A program made the position numbers and the translations under genes. Source: Eledone cirrhosa (Eukaryota). Taken from it: a stretch of 64,000 nt of DNA. The notes under the pieces are model-generated. The model worked only from the letters and a program-made list of their open reading frames with translations. It had not been told where the DNA came from and did not search any database. The DNA lies in NCBI GenBank assembly GCA_964016885.1, contig OZ024743.1, positions 267,034,001-267,098,000 of the forward strand, read 5' to 3'. This document shows positions 14,374 through 28,500 of this stretch, in pieces (the first letter of the stretch is position 1; each line of letters begins with the position of its first letter).

Positions 14374-15028
14374 TATATATGTATGTCTATGTGTGTGTAT
14401 ATATCTACCAAACACTTTATTTCCTGTTCATTTCCAGTTCAACACAAAAGGCACGGTTTGGATTAAGAAGCTGTGATTAGTTTCAAAATTTAAATACTTA
14501 CGCACATATAAGTACACTCAACTGACTACACATATATGTTGTGTATTGATTGCATTCATACCATTCCTAATCATTGGCATTATGAAATGAAAAACAAACA
14601 ATAAACCAGAAGAAAACGACGCTCAAACATTACATAAAGTGTATCACTCTTTCGTAATTTGTATTTTTCATTTAAACTCAAAGCATCTCTTTTAATTTAT
14701 ATTTATATATTTATATATGTATTTGTTTTTCTATATATATGCTTCGATGTATGCGAGACAGAGCACAGCGTTATGGCACGTAAAATAACAGTCGATGACT
14801 CTGGAAATTGTGTGTGCATGTCCTTGCACGCGTGCATGTGTGTGTGTTTGTGCGTATGTTTGTGGGTGTTTGTGTTTGTATGTAAGTGAGCGAGAGCGAT
14901 TGTGACGCAATAGTGTCGTCGCGTCAGCACCGAAAATTGTTTCACAGCCAGCGGTGAATATATTATGCGCATATAAGATACCGTTAAGTGTGAAAGCAAC
15001 GATTCTTTGAATAAACTTTAATCTGTTA

Positions 15029-15079
<51 letters not shown>

Positions 15080-15431
15080 GTAAGTATATATATTTGATAT
15101 TTGGTGGTTATATACATTCAAACCATATAACTATATCGAACTCAACTAGTGAATATAAATTGTCATACTATATACATCTGTCACTGAATGCTGTGCATCA
15201 TAACTCTACTTCGCATTGTATGTCTTATACTTAGTATTTGAAAAACAATTATATTTATTACATACGCACACATGCACGCAGGCACATATACGCACACATA
15301 TACAAACATAAATATGCTTGCTTTGTTTATAAGGATACTCTACCCTATGTTTAAACCATTACAATAAACGGTTTAACGGTTTAACTGTTGTTCTGGAAAT
15401 ATATAGTTATATAATACTTCCCACCACTCTT

Positions 15432-15456
15432 CTGATGAAGGGCTTATGCCCGAAAC
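15432..15456 (+). ncRNA. Partial hammerhead motif (PLE pLTR-like)
   Basis: CTGATGA-A-GGGC(ttat)GCCC-GAAAC; stems I and III are decayed. Confidence 0.5.
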
Positions 15457-15543
15457 TTTGCACCGACCTCCGCACTCTCAATAAGCGTGAACCTATTACT
15501 TTTCGTAACTCGTACACCTGTGGTGTTGTTGTATTTTAGTTTC

Positions 15544-15591
<48 letters not shown>

Positions 15592-15641
15592 CATTACAGT
15601 TCGAGCAAAAAATGACTGCTTTCACCCTTAATGGGATCTTC

Positions 15642-15702
<61 letters not shown>

Positions 15703-16290
15703 GTGTATATTGAAAATAGCATTTGCAGTTTTTCTCCGTCAATTTACTAGGGAACATAGTCCAATTTGAATCGCATGCAAGCTAGTACCCATGTTTCCGT
15801 TATACGCTCTAGTATTGGACTATTTCCTATATCTAATTCTATTTTGAAGACCATTCGCTATTAGTTTTAAAGTAGTGATTATGTCACTTACTTTGTCTCG
15901 GCAAAAACAAAAGGAAGCAACCGACAGCTGTTTCTCGTTTGTTAGCGGTTATCAAGATTGCTTATCCCTTCACTTCTGCCGAAACTCATCGAAGCTGGAT
16001 TCTTATAGAATTCCAGTGATGTTTAAGAGCTGATTAAGCAGAGCAGTTGCCTGTCCAGCAAAAATGTTCTTTTTTATTTGAATGTGGCAAAGCCGGCCAT
16101 TTATCGCTCGTACACAGGAAACTGACTGGCCAGTCTGCTGATATGCAAATCTGGTGATCAGTGGATCTGCTAATATGCAGATCTGACTGAACAGCCAGTC
16201 TGCTAATATGCAAACCAGTCCGATCAGTCACTGTGTATTTTTGAAAATCGCATATATTTTCACTAGCTCTGACAGTTTGGCAGGTTAACA

Positions 16291-16344
16291 GTGAGCTGTA
16301 CTGATGAAGGGTGATACCCAGAAACATTTGTGTCTGCAGTTCAT
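16291..16344 (+). ncRNA. Type I hammerhead ribozyme motif
   Basis: GTGAGCTGTA-CTGATGA-A-GGGT(gat)ACCC-A-GAA-ACA(tttg)TGT-C-TGCAGTTCAT. 10-bp stem I with G-U pairs; GUC triplet. Confidence 0.65.
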
Positions 16345-16532
16345 TTCACATGCCAACACAAGAGCAAGAATGAAGGGTTCATTCTACTGACATGGTTATA
16401 AAATTGAAGCTTGTTTGCATAATTGCAAACGAATTGTATGTTATTTTTAATATTCGAAAAACTCAGATTACATTTATTGTATTCAGCCATGTAGAGCGAA
16501 AAAGGTTTTCTTTTTTATTATATTTATATATA

Positions 16533-17633
16533 TATATGAAAAAATGGCGTGCTGCGTGGTAGCAACTGGGTCGCATATGAATAAAATTAGTCCTTCATCA
16601 GTGATCTTCCAGCCTTCATTGGTATTTCATCGCTTTAAAGACCATATACCTCTGGTTGGTGCGAGCAACGGCTAAAGAAAGTCGTTGGGACACGTAAATA
16701 GGGGGAACGAGTGAGACAGTAAACAAACAAAGATGGTAATGCAACAAAAAGTGAGGAAGAAGGAGTCAAGTCCCTGAAATCGATGAACATAATTTCTGTG
16801 TGCATCACTTCCTCCTGTTTGACCTGTGCGAAATTCGTTCCTCGCTCACATTTCGACCAGGTTGGATGATCTTTATTCTCTCGTCTACGATTTCACAGAA
16901 CTTATGTTCATCGATTTCAGGGACTTGACTCCGTCTTCCTCATTTTTCGTTGTATTACCATCTTCGTTTGTTTACTGCCTCGCTCGTTCCCCCTCTTTAA
17001 GTGTCACAACGACTTTCTGTAGCCATTCGTCGCACCAACCAGAGGTACATTGTCTTTAAAGCGATGAAATACCAATAAAGGCTGGAAGATCACTGATGAA
17101 GGACTAATTTTATTCATATGTAACCCATTTGCAATCACGCAGCACGCGATTTTTTCATATATTTTATATATTTTCCTCCTCTGTGACCCGTCTGTTTCTT
17201 TCTTACTGCTTCCCCTTTCTCTGTATCTCTCACTTTTTTTACCCCCTCTGCCAGTCACTCTCTCTGTTAGCCTCATCCTCACAGTTTCACTAACTCACTC
17301 TCTGATACTTCCTCTCCATTACTGCTTCCCGTTTGACCTGTGCGAAATTCTTTCCTCGCTCACCTTTCGACCAGGTTGGATGGTCTTTATTCTCTCGTCT
17401 ACGGTTTCACAGAACTTATGTTCATTGATTTCAGGGACTTGACTCCTTCTTCCTCACTTTTCGTTGCATTACCATCTTTGTTTGTTTACTGTCTCGCTCG
17501 TTCCCCCTATTTACGTGTCCCAACGACTTTCTCTAGCCGTTGCTCGCACCAACCAGAGATATATGGTCTTTAAAGCGATGAAATACCAATGAAGGCTGGA
17601 AGATCACTGATGAAGGACTAATTTTATTCATAT
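16533..17633. repeat. Three copies of a ~270-300 bp element: inverted pair plus direct copy
   Basis: 16533-16800 is the reverse complement of ~16893-17160, and 17330-17633 directly repeats ~16815-17118. Each copy has CTGATGAAGGAC near one end. Confidence 0.85.
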
Positions 17634-18156
17634 ATGTATATATATATATAAATATACATGTGTTTCTGTCTGTGAGTGTATGTATCTGTTTGTATGTGCC
17701 TATGTAACTGTGAGTGTATGTATCTGTGTGTATGTGCCTGCGTGCCTGCGTATTATATTGTATACTAACTATTTGGTAAGTTTGTATTAAGTGTGAAGGG
17801 AATGTGGGGAAAATGTAGCTACTTTTGTTTGTCTGATACATGTAGACTATACAATTATTTATAGCATTATTTTCTCACACGTTCTGTTTTAATTTCTTTA
17901 CTTATAAAATACTTGGTCATCTTATATTTGTCTATATTCTCCTTCACAACTTTGGCTCTATCAATCAGTTTCTGCACTATCCCCTATACATACACGCATT
18001 TTTGTTCGTCTGTATGTGGTTATATATCTCTACCTATATATCTATCAATTTATTAATGTTAAAGTTTATACGAATTCATGTAAAACCCCCCGCCGTTACA
18101 TCTTCTAATGTCTAATGTCCCATCTCTTGTACGCCTTTATGGCAAATGAAGAAGGA

Positions 18157-18206
<50 letters not shown>
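18157..18206. repeat. (TATC)n microsatellite
   Basis: Perfect TATC run; degenerate TATC resumes after 19175. Confidence 0.95.
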
Positions 18207-18207
<1 letters not shown>

Positions 18208-18209
18208 AA

Positions 18210-19175
18210 TGGGCTACTGGCACATCGAATGTGCTCAGGCGCTCCACAGTCCTCTGGCAAATGGACCCGGCGATCAGTGGAGACTCCACTTTGATATTCT
18301 ATAGAGGGTTGGTCCGCAGCAAATGCGACGACACGCTCGGAGACACTCTAGGCGTAGAGGAGGATGAACAGGCCAGACTGTTCGGTAGGACCTTCTGCCC
18401 GGGACCAATGGACGACTTCCAAAAGTCCCTGGCCTAGCAGTGCTACTGAGGAGCTCTACCAGTTCGAGACAAGCTCTACAGACACGGGCGCCCGGGTAGG
18501 GACCCTTCGAAAAAGATCTGTCTGAGATGCGTGCGCGACGAGAAAACCGTCGCGCACGCATTTGTACACTGCCCGGGCGTTACCGACCTGTGGGACTATG
18601 TAGAAGGACTATTATCGCGGGGGCGGGGGGGGGGGGCAATCCAGTTGACCACCGAGTCCATTGTCATGATCAAACCGGCACCCTCCTTCAAAAACGAGGG
18701 AGAGGCGGTTTTCCTGTGTTATGGCTATGGTGAAAGAGGTTATATGGTGGACGAGGTTAAAAGGACTGAGGTCAGACACCTTTCTCTCCGGCGAGCAACT
18801 GATTCGTTTTTTCAAATATCATTTTAGAAGAAAAATCACGATAGAGGGAGGGGTGCTGTACCCCAGTAAATTTTATAAAAGGTGGGTGAATGTGGCAAAG
18901 ATGGCCCGAATGGTTGGTCCTTCTCTCTATATAAGACTGTAGGTTGAGGAAAAAGAGGAAGAGAGGAAGGGAGTACTCACTTTGTGTGCTCCTGGAGATG
19001 AGGGTTGTACATATTTTCGGGGTGTGTACAACCTCTGTGTAACGCCTCCCCCCTATTGGGGATATCAATTGTTATTTGTTATTTTATTAATAGTTTTATT
19101 TTCATATACCTGTATGTAAACACCCCATTTGTATTTTTCCCCTTCTTTTGTGCCCTTGTGGCCAATAAAGAAATT
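18210..19175 (+). mobile_element. 5'-truncated Tx1-clade LINE fragment (copy E) inserted in (TATC)n
   Basis: Encodes the ORF2 C-terminus (FYRGLV...MDDFQKSLA; AMVKEVIWWTRLKGL...). 3' UTR ends GCCCTTGTGGCCAATAAAGAAATT, followed by TATC repeats. Confidence 0.9.
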
Positions 19176-19543
19176 TATCTATTTCATCTATCTCTCTATC
19201 TTTCAATCTATCTTTCTATATAGCTAGCTAGTTAGCTATCTCTATCCATCTATCTATCTTTCTACTTATCATCCTATCTATCTAACTAAATAAATAACTA
19301 TGTGTCTACCTAATTATCTATCCATCTATCTATATATTTGTCTGTCTATCCCTATATATTGGTATGCGTATGTAGGTATTCTCTCCATTTATGCACGAGT
19401 GTGTAATATTTTTATTATGCTTCTTTTTCACTTTCTGTTCGATCAAAAAACTGTTAATCCCACAGATCAACACACTCTCACCTCTTTTTTCTCCCCTACT
19501 ATTATCCCCCTTTTTCTCTCTCCGCTTTCTCTCTCTCACTCTT

Positions 19544-19549
<6 letters not shown>

Positions 19550-19574
<25 letters not shown>

Positions 19575-19597
19575 ATTTATCTATATATATATATATT

Positions 19598-19673
<76 letters not shown>

Positions 19674-20047
19674 CACACATATATATATTGACACATATAT
19701 ATATATATATGAAGAAAGAGAGAGACATAGATATGTATGTATGTGTGTATTTATATAAGTATGTATATATTTACGTATGTGTGTGTATATATAAATATGT
19801 ATATATATATATGTGTATGTGTGTATGTGTATGTGTGTGTATGTGTGTGTGTGTACTTAATTACGGCGCTTTATCTCCACCCAATTATCTATTTCTCTCA
19901 ACTTCAAACTTTTTATACCAGCGTTTCACCCCCCGTCTGTTTTATTATCAGTCATATCGCCATATTCTCCTTGCTCCATATACACAAACCTCCTTTCACA
20001 CCTCTTTCACTTTGTTTCCATCTATATATTATGTATGTATGGACGTA

Positions 20048-20100
<53 letters not shown>

Positions 20101-20125
20101 GGATATATATGCATGTATATATGTG

Positions 20126-20216
<91 letters not shown>

Positions 20217-20966
20217 GTATGTATGTATATATATATATATATACATAATATATACATATATACATATATAAATTCATGCATATTTTCATACATACATATA
20301 TAAATACATATAGTCATACATACATACAGGCATTCATACATACAACTGTGTCCTTTTCCGCGTCTCTCTATCTCATTCGATCTATCTTTCACTATATTTC
20401 TGTGCCCTTGTCTTCTGACGCTTAAACACTTCTACTTTTCCCCATCTCTCGTTCAGTATTTTCCGATTAAACATATATTTCTCTACAGCACCACCGCCTC
20501 CAACCTTTCACATAAAGCCTCCCATCCCTTAAACATTTTACTCCTCCCTTCCTAACCTACACATACTCATTTCCTTGTTGTTCCCAGTGTTTTATTACCA
20601 AACAATTCATTCAAAATCTTGCCAATAACATATTATTGTTATTACTTTTGCTGTCGTCTCAAGTTGAAATCGTTAAATCACTATCTAGATCCCGACTTAA
20701 ATATAAAACCTTCCACTGCCAAGATTTTCTATCTTGCATTAACCTTCCTTCTCACCTCCTTATACATACATACAAATATATATATATATATATATATAAA
20801 TATATATAAGTATGTGTGTGTATGTGATTGTGTGTATATATTAGTGTGGTTGTTCATATAAGTAGGCATGTGTATATATATATATATATATATATAAATA
20901 TTTATATATATTTATGTATGTATATATGTGTGTGTGTATATATATATATGTATACACACACACACT

Positions 20967-21011
<45 letters not shown>

Positions 21012-21505
21012 CTCTTTCTATCAAGCTTCTCCGTCGGCAGTACCACATTTTCTTTTCCTCACTTACACAACATAGTTCTGTAATTTTCCCCCATCTTCCT
21101 CTACTTCTTATTCTCAACATCCTCCAGTTTCCTATAACCCTTAATTTTAATGCCTCATAATTCTCCCTTCTGCAGACATTTATATTGAATTAAGATTCGC
21201 TCGTACACAGAACATCGAAAACACACGTACACAAACATACTGATAAACATCACATAAAACACCACAACAGACATACACAGAAAACTCTCTCACCAACATG
21301 TATATGTGTATGCCTATATTTATGTATATATGTACAGAGAGAGAGATAAGACACACACACAGCCAAGCACACATATACACAGACATATACACATACATAG
21401 ACACAGACACACACATACAAACACACACACACATATATATATATGTGTGTGTGTGTTTGTGTGTATGTATGCTTATATGTAAAGCTATATATATATATTC
21501 GAATG

Positions 21506-21539
<34 letters not shown>

Positions 21540-21540
21540 T
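19550..21540. repeat. (TA)n/(TG)n/(CA)n/(CT)n microsatellite cluster, representative of many across the window
   Basis: Visible dinucleotide runs that generate the IYIY, CVCV and THTH ORFs. Confidence 0.95.
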
Positions 21541-22731
21541 TTTAACACAATGATGAAGGGATATTTATATGTTGATTGTAGATATACACATCTCTAAACA
21601 ATACTCGCGTATGAAGTTCATACACATATACATACATACATTCACACTCTCTCTCTCTTTCACACACACACACACACACACACGCACACACACATGTTTA
21701 TATCATCCGTTTCGTTACGAGAAAATATTTTTTTTCGCAGGTGAGACTACCCATCTGTTTGTTACATATATAAACAAATTATGTATGCTTATATATGTGA
21801 TCATATGCACCTCTATTTTGCTAAAATGCTGTTTTAGTGCTACTGCTAATTAAATAATCCCACCAGGCATGTACTATATGCACATGACCATTTCCAACCG
21901 ATGTTTACTATTTGCTATATGCGACGTAACATTTTCACTAAGTGATCACCACGCAACATTCTATATAGAATATATATATATAGTTTATTTCATGACAAAT
22001 TGTTTTGAGTGAGTGGCACTGATGATATATTAATACATCTTGAAACAGCGCTGTCTGACATTCTCAGAAGATACTGACAATCGAGTGATATAGAAAAAAA
22101 ATGAAACCTTTTCATTTCGTTTCATAGCGAAAAATTACGTTTCTTCTACCCTTATGTTTATTGTATATAAAAACGTATTATATATGTTTATATATTTCAT
22201 ACTCTCCTCTATTATGTCTAAACGATGTATTTGTGTGACTTCCAATTATATAAAGATATATAAATATATAAGCCCTGATGAGTTGTCATCAGACAGATAT
22301 TAAGGTGTATTAACTTTTCTTTTTGATATGCTCGCCATAGTTTGGAACACTATACTTTATCGATTTATCGATATCATCTCATTGAGAGCTTCGTGCCAAC
22401 TTCTGAAGATTGACTTCGAAAAATGCTCATCGGAACTGCAACTTCGATTCTACTCACTAATATATAGAGAGAAAGAGAGTGATACATAGATTGATACATA
22501 GTTTGTTATATCTATATATATATATATGTGTGTGTATGTGTGTGTGTGTGTGTGTTTGTATGTGTGTGTGTGCGTGCGTGGTGTGTGTGTGTTTTTGTGT
22601 GTGTGCGTGCGTGGTGTGTGTGAATGCGCGCTTCAAACATTTATTTACATATCTCTAAATATACCGTCTATTTTGACATCCTTATCGCTTTACTTATCTG
22701 TCTATATATCGAGCACACCTCTCTCTCTCTC

Positions 22732-22771
<40 letters not shown>

Positions 22772-23924
22772 AATGCATATACATGTACGAACATCCACAG
22801 AAAACAACAATGCAAACAATGAAGTACAATGAAGATATACATTATTTTAGCGATTGATATAGTAGGAACATATTCTGAAGGTTTCGAACGCTAGTCCTTC
22901 AACAGAATATAGAATTAAGTAGAAATAGAAAGATAGAGGAATATGCGAAGTGGAAGAAAAGGACATTGTTTGTCGGAGAAATACATGTGTGTTCAGAGCG
23001 CCATACAAATGTATAAATAAGTATGTTTGTATGAATTTATGCATGTATGTATGTATATAAATGGTGACGAAAACGATGATCCTTAAAGACGAACTGATAT
23101 TGGTGTTTGTGCATATAAGTGTACATTAGTATCTCAGTTACTTCAATCATCATTGCTCTCTTAGACATTATACTCTAACACTAGATTTCCCGGAGATATT
23201 TTGTCTGTGATTTTACTTAACAATATCAGGTTTGCTATTATTAGTGTTCTTGAATTTTATTACTTCTTTTTTATGTGTCTAGCTTTTCAAATAATTTTCT
23301 CTCCTGATTTTTTTTATTGTTCTGGTTGCTTGGTCTTTCATTTATATGCGTCTTGCTTTTCCTTCTATTATTTACTACGAAGCAGCACCTCTGAAGATAT
23401 TGTAATATAGAGAATATTTGAACGACACATCTACTACAATACCGACTGCGATAACAGTGTTTTAAACGTTATGAAACTCATATATATTCTTTTAAGCACA
23501 TCCTACTCAATTCCAATTGTGTTGTTTATTTTAGTATGCAAACGTGCCTCTGCTACCATATTTTCTGTTTGATTTTCTTCTTGCAGTAACTGAGATATTC
23601 GAATCAATCCAATAGATATAGCAACACTACCAGGTCAACGATAATGCTACGTTTTTCTGCTGTTATTTTTGTTATTGTCGTAGTTCTTACTTCATCCTGC
23701 TAATAATCACAAAAGATATGCTACTTGCCCTGCCTCCTTCCTAAGGTTTCCACAGAAAGAAAAATATGCACAAATCTGCTCTTCGTTTAATAGATATATT
23801 ATAAATATTGTTTGATTATTATTTCGAAACATTGGAATATGAGGGGGGGGGGGTATTTTACTAATATTTGTCATTTTAGCTGATCAGCGGTTGAAAAGAA
23901 AAAAGAAGCATAAAGAAAATCCAG

Positions 23925-24075
23925 ATGCATTTGGACAAAAGTCAGTTAAATCAACTGCAGTAGTGGACTAGCTTGCTATATTATTGACCCATGAAGGATG
24001 AGAAGCAAAGTTGACCTCGATGGAATTTGAACACGCTTCGTCTGACTCTCTAAACATCTTGCCAATTCAGCACCC
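23925..24075 (-). mobile_element. Degenerate SINE
   Basis: GACCCATGAAGGATGA...GCAAAGTTGACCTCG..GGAATTTGAAC is the reverse of the SINE core at 54417. Confidence 0.65.
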
Positions 24076-25533
24076 AGAAAATACTGATAATGATTTTCAA
24101 CATATCCTCATAAAGAAGGTAATCGAGCTAATTTGCAGTGTTCTTTGCTAGCCGTTCATATTAAACACTTCGTGACCGTATTTCTAATGAAAAACACTTT
24201 ATCTCAATTAATGATCGAAGGAATTTAATGGTTTTATTAATGTTATTAATTATTTCATTACTCAGAATTCTTATGTGAAATTGATTTGGAAGATTCTAAT
24301 TTAAATAGGAATACTCTTCATTTGAGGGTTGTGTTTCATGGAATAAGAGCTGACGTTATCCAAGTTATAAAATATAAAATAGCGAAGAATGTTGAAAGAT
24401 TTACTATAATTATTATTTCAGGACTTAGACAGTGACTTAATAAATGGTCTTAATAAACAATAATGTTGGAATATTTTAATTTAATGAGGAATCATTCAAA
24501 TTGTGTGGATTGTTTCACAACACTAGTGCTGGCTTTGAGCCGGTTGGTATCAAAAGCATAAAATGACTATAGTAATGTTATCTCATGCTTCCTTATTTAT
24601 TCATCTATAAGTTGTACGCATCTGTCGATATTACTAACGATAACATCACAGCCGTTGCTGCTACATTACTATCTGTTGTAATTTACTCTATTTTAGTTGT
24701 TGATTTTTGCTATTGTTGCTGATGATTTGTGATGGTTTTCTTGCGGCTGTAGATGTTGTTGCTGCAGATGTTGCTGTTGCTGCTATTGCTGCAGCTGCTG
24801 CTAAATACGTTGTGGCTAATGCCCATCTATCCATTAAGATATATGATACTAATACTACCAGCGTCTGTTTCTGGCCACAATATTAATGCCAGCACCACCA
24901 ACTTTGCTGCTGTTGTTGCTGATTTTGATGACGACAAAATGGCGCCAACGATGACGATGGCGTTAACAATGATGGTGACGATGATGATTATTATAATTTG
25001 AGGATTACGATGAGAGTGTTGATGTTTATAGCGATTTTACTGCTGTTAATCATGATGATGATGATCGTAATCATGACAATTCCCGAAGTTCTAGATGATA
25101 GAGACAAACCTTAGATCCTCTTAGATTTAGCTAACCAAATGGACAGCAGATTTGATCACAACATACTTAATATTTTAGTTATGAATAGAAATAGGCAAGA
25201 ATAACAGGTTATTGTTGAACCTATTGCAGGAGATTACAACAGAGAAAGAAATACAGATACAATATCCTGTTCCGAGAATAGAGATTGAATGAATGGGGTC
25301 AATACCGTAAAAGCAGCATTAAGAAAAATGCAGTTGTCAAAGGAGTTTTTGTCTTGTAACCACTAATACTTGTAACCACTAATGAATCTTGAGCAACTAG
25401 ATTTTGAAACACTTATTCCTCTCCTACAAGAGGAAGTACCGTTTCTCTAAGATCCCCGATAGCACATATTAGATGATCCAGTAATCATTATATACGCTAT
25501 AAGATCATCAATAATAATAATAATAATAATAAT

Positions 25534-28500
25534 GATTACTTTATTGGCCACAAGGGCTGACATCAAGAAAAACATTACAGACGACACGGGACGGTAGAGG
25601 GCGGCACGATGTGGGTTTATCCGTGTAAAGATTTGTATTGTTTATATAAAAAGGGAAAAGAAAAAGACATAGAAATATATATATATATAAACAATAAAAA
25701 TGAAAATTGAAACAATTAAAAATTCCCCAAAAGGGGGGAAACCTCCGTGGGTTACTCGTGGCGAAAACCACACAAAAGACCACGGCTACCCTGACCACCA
25801 GGGCAAGCGCCCTCTTTCAATTTTTCCATTTCTCAAACTACAGACGTATATTCAGAGCGGTCGCGTTCACTCGGACCATTCTCGCTACATTCACCCACCT
25901 TTCAATAAACTTGCTAGAGGGCAGCACTTGCCTCTCTACCCTGATTTTCCTCTTCAAGTGAAACTTGAAAAAGTCAATTACGGGTTCGCTGAAGAGGAAA
26001 GTGTCTGTCTTTAACCCTTTCAACCTGGTCCACCGCACAATCTCTTTCGCCATGGCCACCAGGCAGGTGAAAACCGCCTGCCCATCCTCCTCGAAAGAAG
26101 ACGGCGAGACCATCTGCACAATCGGTCAGTCGATAACCGGATCAGTCCTACACACGACAGCAACTGTTCGACATAGCTCCACAAATCAGCAATGCTCGGG
26201 CACTGAACGAGTGCGTGCACGACGGTTTCGTCGCTCTGTGCGCATCTCGGACAGGCTCGGCTGACGGCACTTCCGTGCCTGTAGAGCTTATCTCGAACGA
26301 CAACGCTCCCCGGTAGCACTGCCAGGCGAGGGATTTTAGGATGTTATCCAAAGGCCCTAGGCTGAAGGTTCTCCGGATGAGAGCAAACAGCTGATCTTCT
26401 TCGACGCCCAGGATCTCTCCGAGAACGTCGTCGCTCTTCCCCTCCACTAGTCCTCTATAGAACGCCGAGGTGGATGTTCCACCGATAGTGGTGCACAGGT
26501 GGCAGAGTGCGGTGAGTGCCTGGAGACATTCCAGTTTCCAAGCGCTATCCCTCGGTCTTTTCCCTACCCAAGACTGCAGCTCCGTCAAAGAGACGAGCTG
26601 TGGGAAAACCTGCCTGGCAAACGGCGACCACGCCTGTTCACCATCAAGGTAGTACCAGAGATGTCGCAGCCTCAGCCGCATGTTTGCACATCATCAGCCA
26701 TGGTATGCCCAGTTCTCCACGCAACGGGATCGTCTGACCATGGGAGCGCGTCCCTTCCACGTAAAGCGGAAGAGGAGGCGCTCCATTTTGGTGAGAGTTG
26801 GGCCGGGGCAAGGGACGACGGTGAGGCGGTAGCAGATGACGGATGCGATGTACGCATTCGCCACCTCCGCCCGGCCTTTCAGAGACAGCTTCCTCTCGGC
26901 CCATTTCTGGGTGAGGGAGGCCACCCTACTCGTCACCTCACTCCAGTTTTTCTCCATCTGGAGGTCCGGTCCGAACCAGACCCCGAGCAATTTAATAGGT
27001 CCGTCCAACGCCCCACGACGCTGTCTGACGGCATGGACTTTACTCTCCAGGTGCCGAGTTCCAAGCCCACCCACTTTTCCTGGTTTATCTTTGCTCCTGT
27101 CTCCACTTCGTATTCCTTGAGAGCGGTGCCGAGCATCTGGACGTGTCTGTTGCACGACACCAGCAAGTTGATGTAGTCGGCGTAAGCCGACTCGGATTTC
27201 CCGCATGCTACTCCGCGTGGGACGCCCCTCATCGCCCCCAGTTTGTGCATAACGACTCGAGGGCCTATATGTACAAGAAGGATGAGAGGGGATAACCCTG
27301 GCGGAACGAGCGCATGATGCTGAATGTCTCCGACAGGTGACCGTCCACCCTCACAACTGAGCAGATGTCGCTGTACATCGCATCGATTCAACCCCTGAAA
27401 ACGGGCCCAAAACCAGCTGCCTCGATGGTCGACCCTATCGAATGCTTTGGATTGATCCAAGTTGATCAGGGCCCCACCCGTGCCAGGTTCCTTAGCTACC
27501 CGCTCCACGATGTATCGCATGAGCTGGAAAGTGTCGTGGATGGATCTCTCGGGAATGGCGCATGTCTGCGCCTCTCCCACTAGACCACCAACGACAAGCG
27601 CCAACCTCTTTGCTAGCACCTTGGCCAAAATCTTGAACTCTGCGTTTAGTAGGGTTATGGGCCTGAAGTTATCGATCACACCCCCTTGTTCAGGTCTTTT
27701 CTCAGCAGCTCCACAGCTCCCCGGCTCACAAAATTGGGAATGCTCCTGTTCTGCTGCCAGTTGCAATAGACGTCTGCCAAGAGGTCACCGAACAAGTCTA
27801 GCATAAATACTTAAAGCGCGTAGGGCAGACCATTCAAACCAGGCGAATTATCCCTCGTGCAGTTAGCTATCGCTTCCCGTATTTAACCGGCTGTTATTGG
27901 CTTTTCGCAACACTGTGCTGCGGTCCTCGAGAGCCGAGGCAGTCCGTCGAGGTATGCACTGAAGTCCATACCCCGATCCGGCCCGCCGCTGCTCACGAAC
28001 AGTTCAGCAACGTGCTGCTGAAAGGCCTCACACATATGCTCGGGTTCGAGCAACACGCGCCAGTTTTGGTCAGTCAAAAACCACTTAGTGGCTTTCTTGC
28101 CACGTCGCGCCTCTGCCACCCTGGACCATTGGACGGCTTTTGTCACCTCGTCCTTCAGAGCACGCGCTCTAGCTCTGACCACGCAGCCTTCGTGTTTTGC
28201 GTTGAAGAATTGGTCGAGTGCCAATCTCGCCGCAAGCACCTCGGTTGCGATGCCTGTCCTAAACGCCTCTTCTAGATTTCTGACTAGCTCTCCCTCTGCT
28301 CTATTTTCCTCTATCATTAGTTCTTTGCTAAATTTAATTGATTCTACTTTAATTGCCCTTTTCAGGTCGAACCACCACCTGTTGTTGACGACCGCTCCCG
28401 TCAACACCCGCTTAACTAATCCGGTCGCTGTATGCTTTCTGCGTCGGGAAAGACGCGTTCAGCTTCCAGTAACCGGGTCCTTGTCTATGAAGTTTGTCTA

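Noticed and set aside
16120-16230. Three spaced TCTGCT(G/A)ATATGCA repeats resembling a CRISPR array
   Set aside because: Eukaryotic context, short degenerate repeats, related spacers and no cas genes; it is a minisatellite.
19300-21600. Long ORFs such as 19391..20248 (285 aa) and other IYIY/CVCV/THTH ORFs
   Set aside because: They are translations of stop-free dinucleotide microsatellites.
22275-22292. CTGATGA-GTTG-TCATCAG
   Set aside because: Simple hairpin with no GAAA or stem III, so not a hammerhead.
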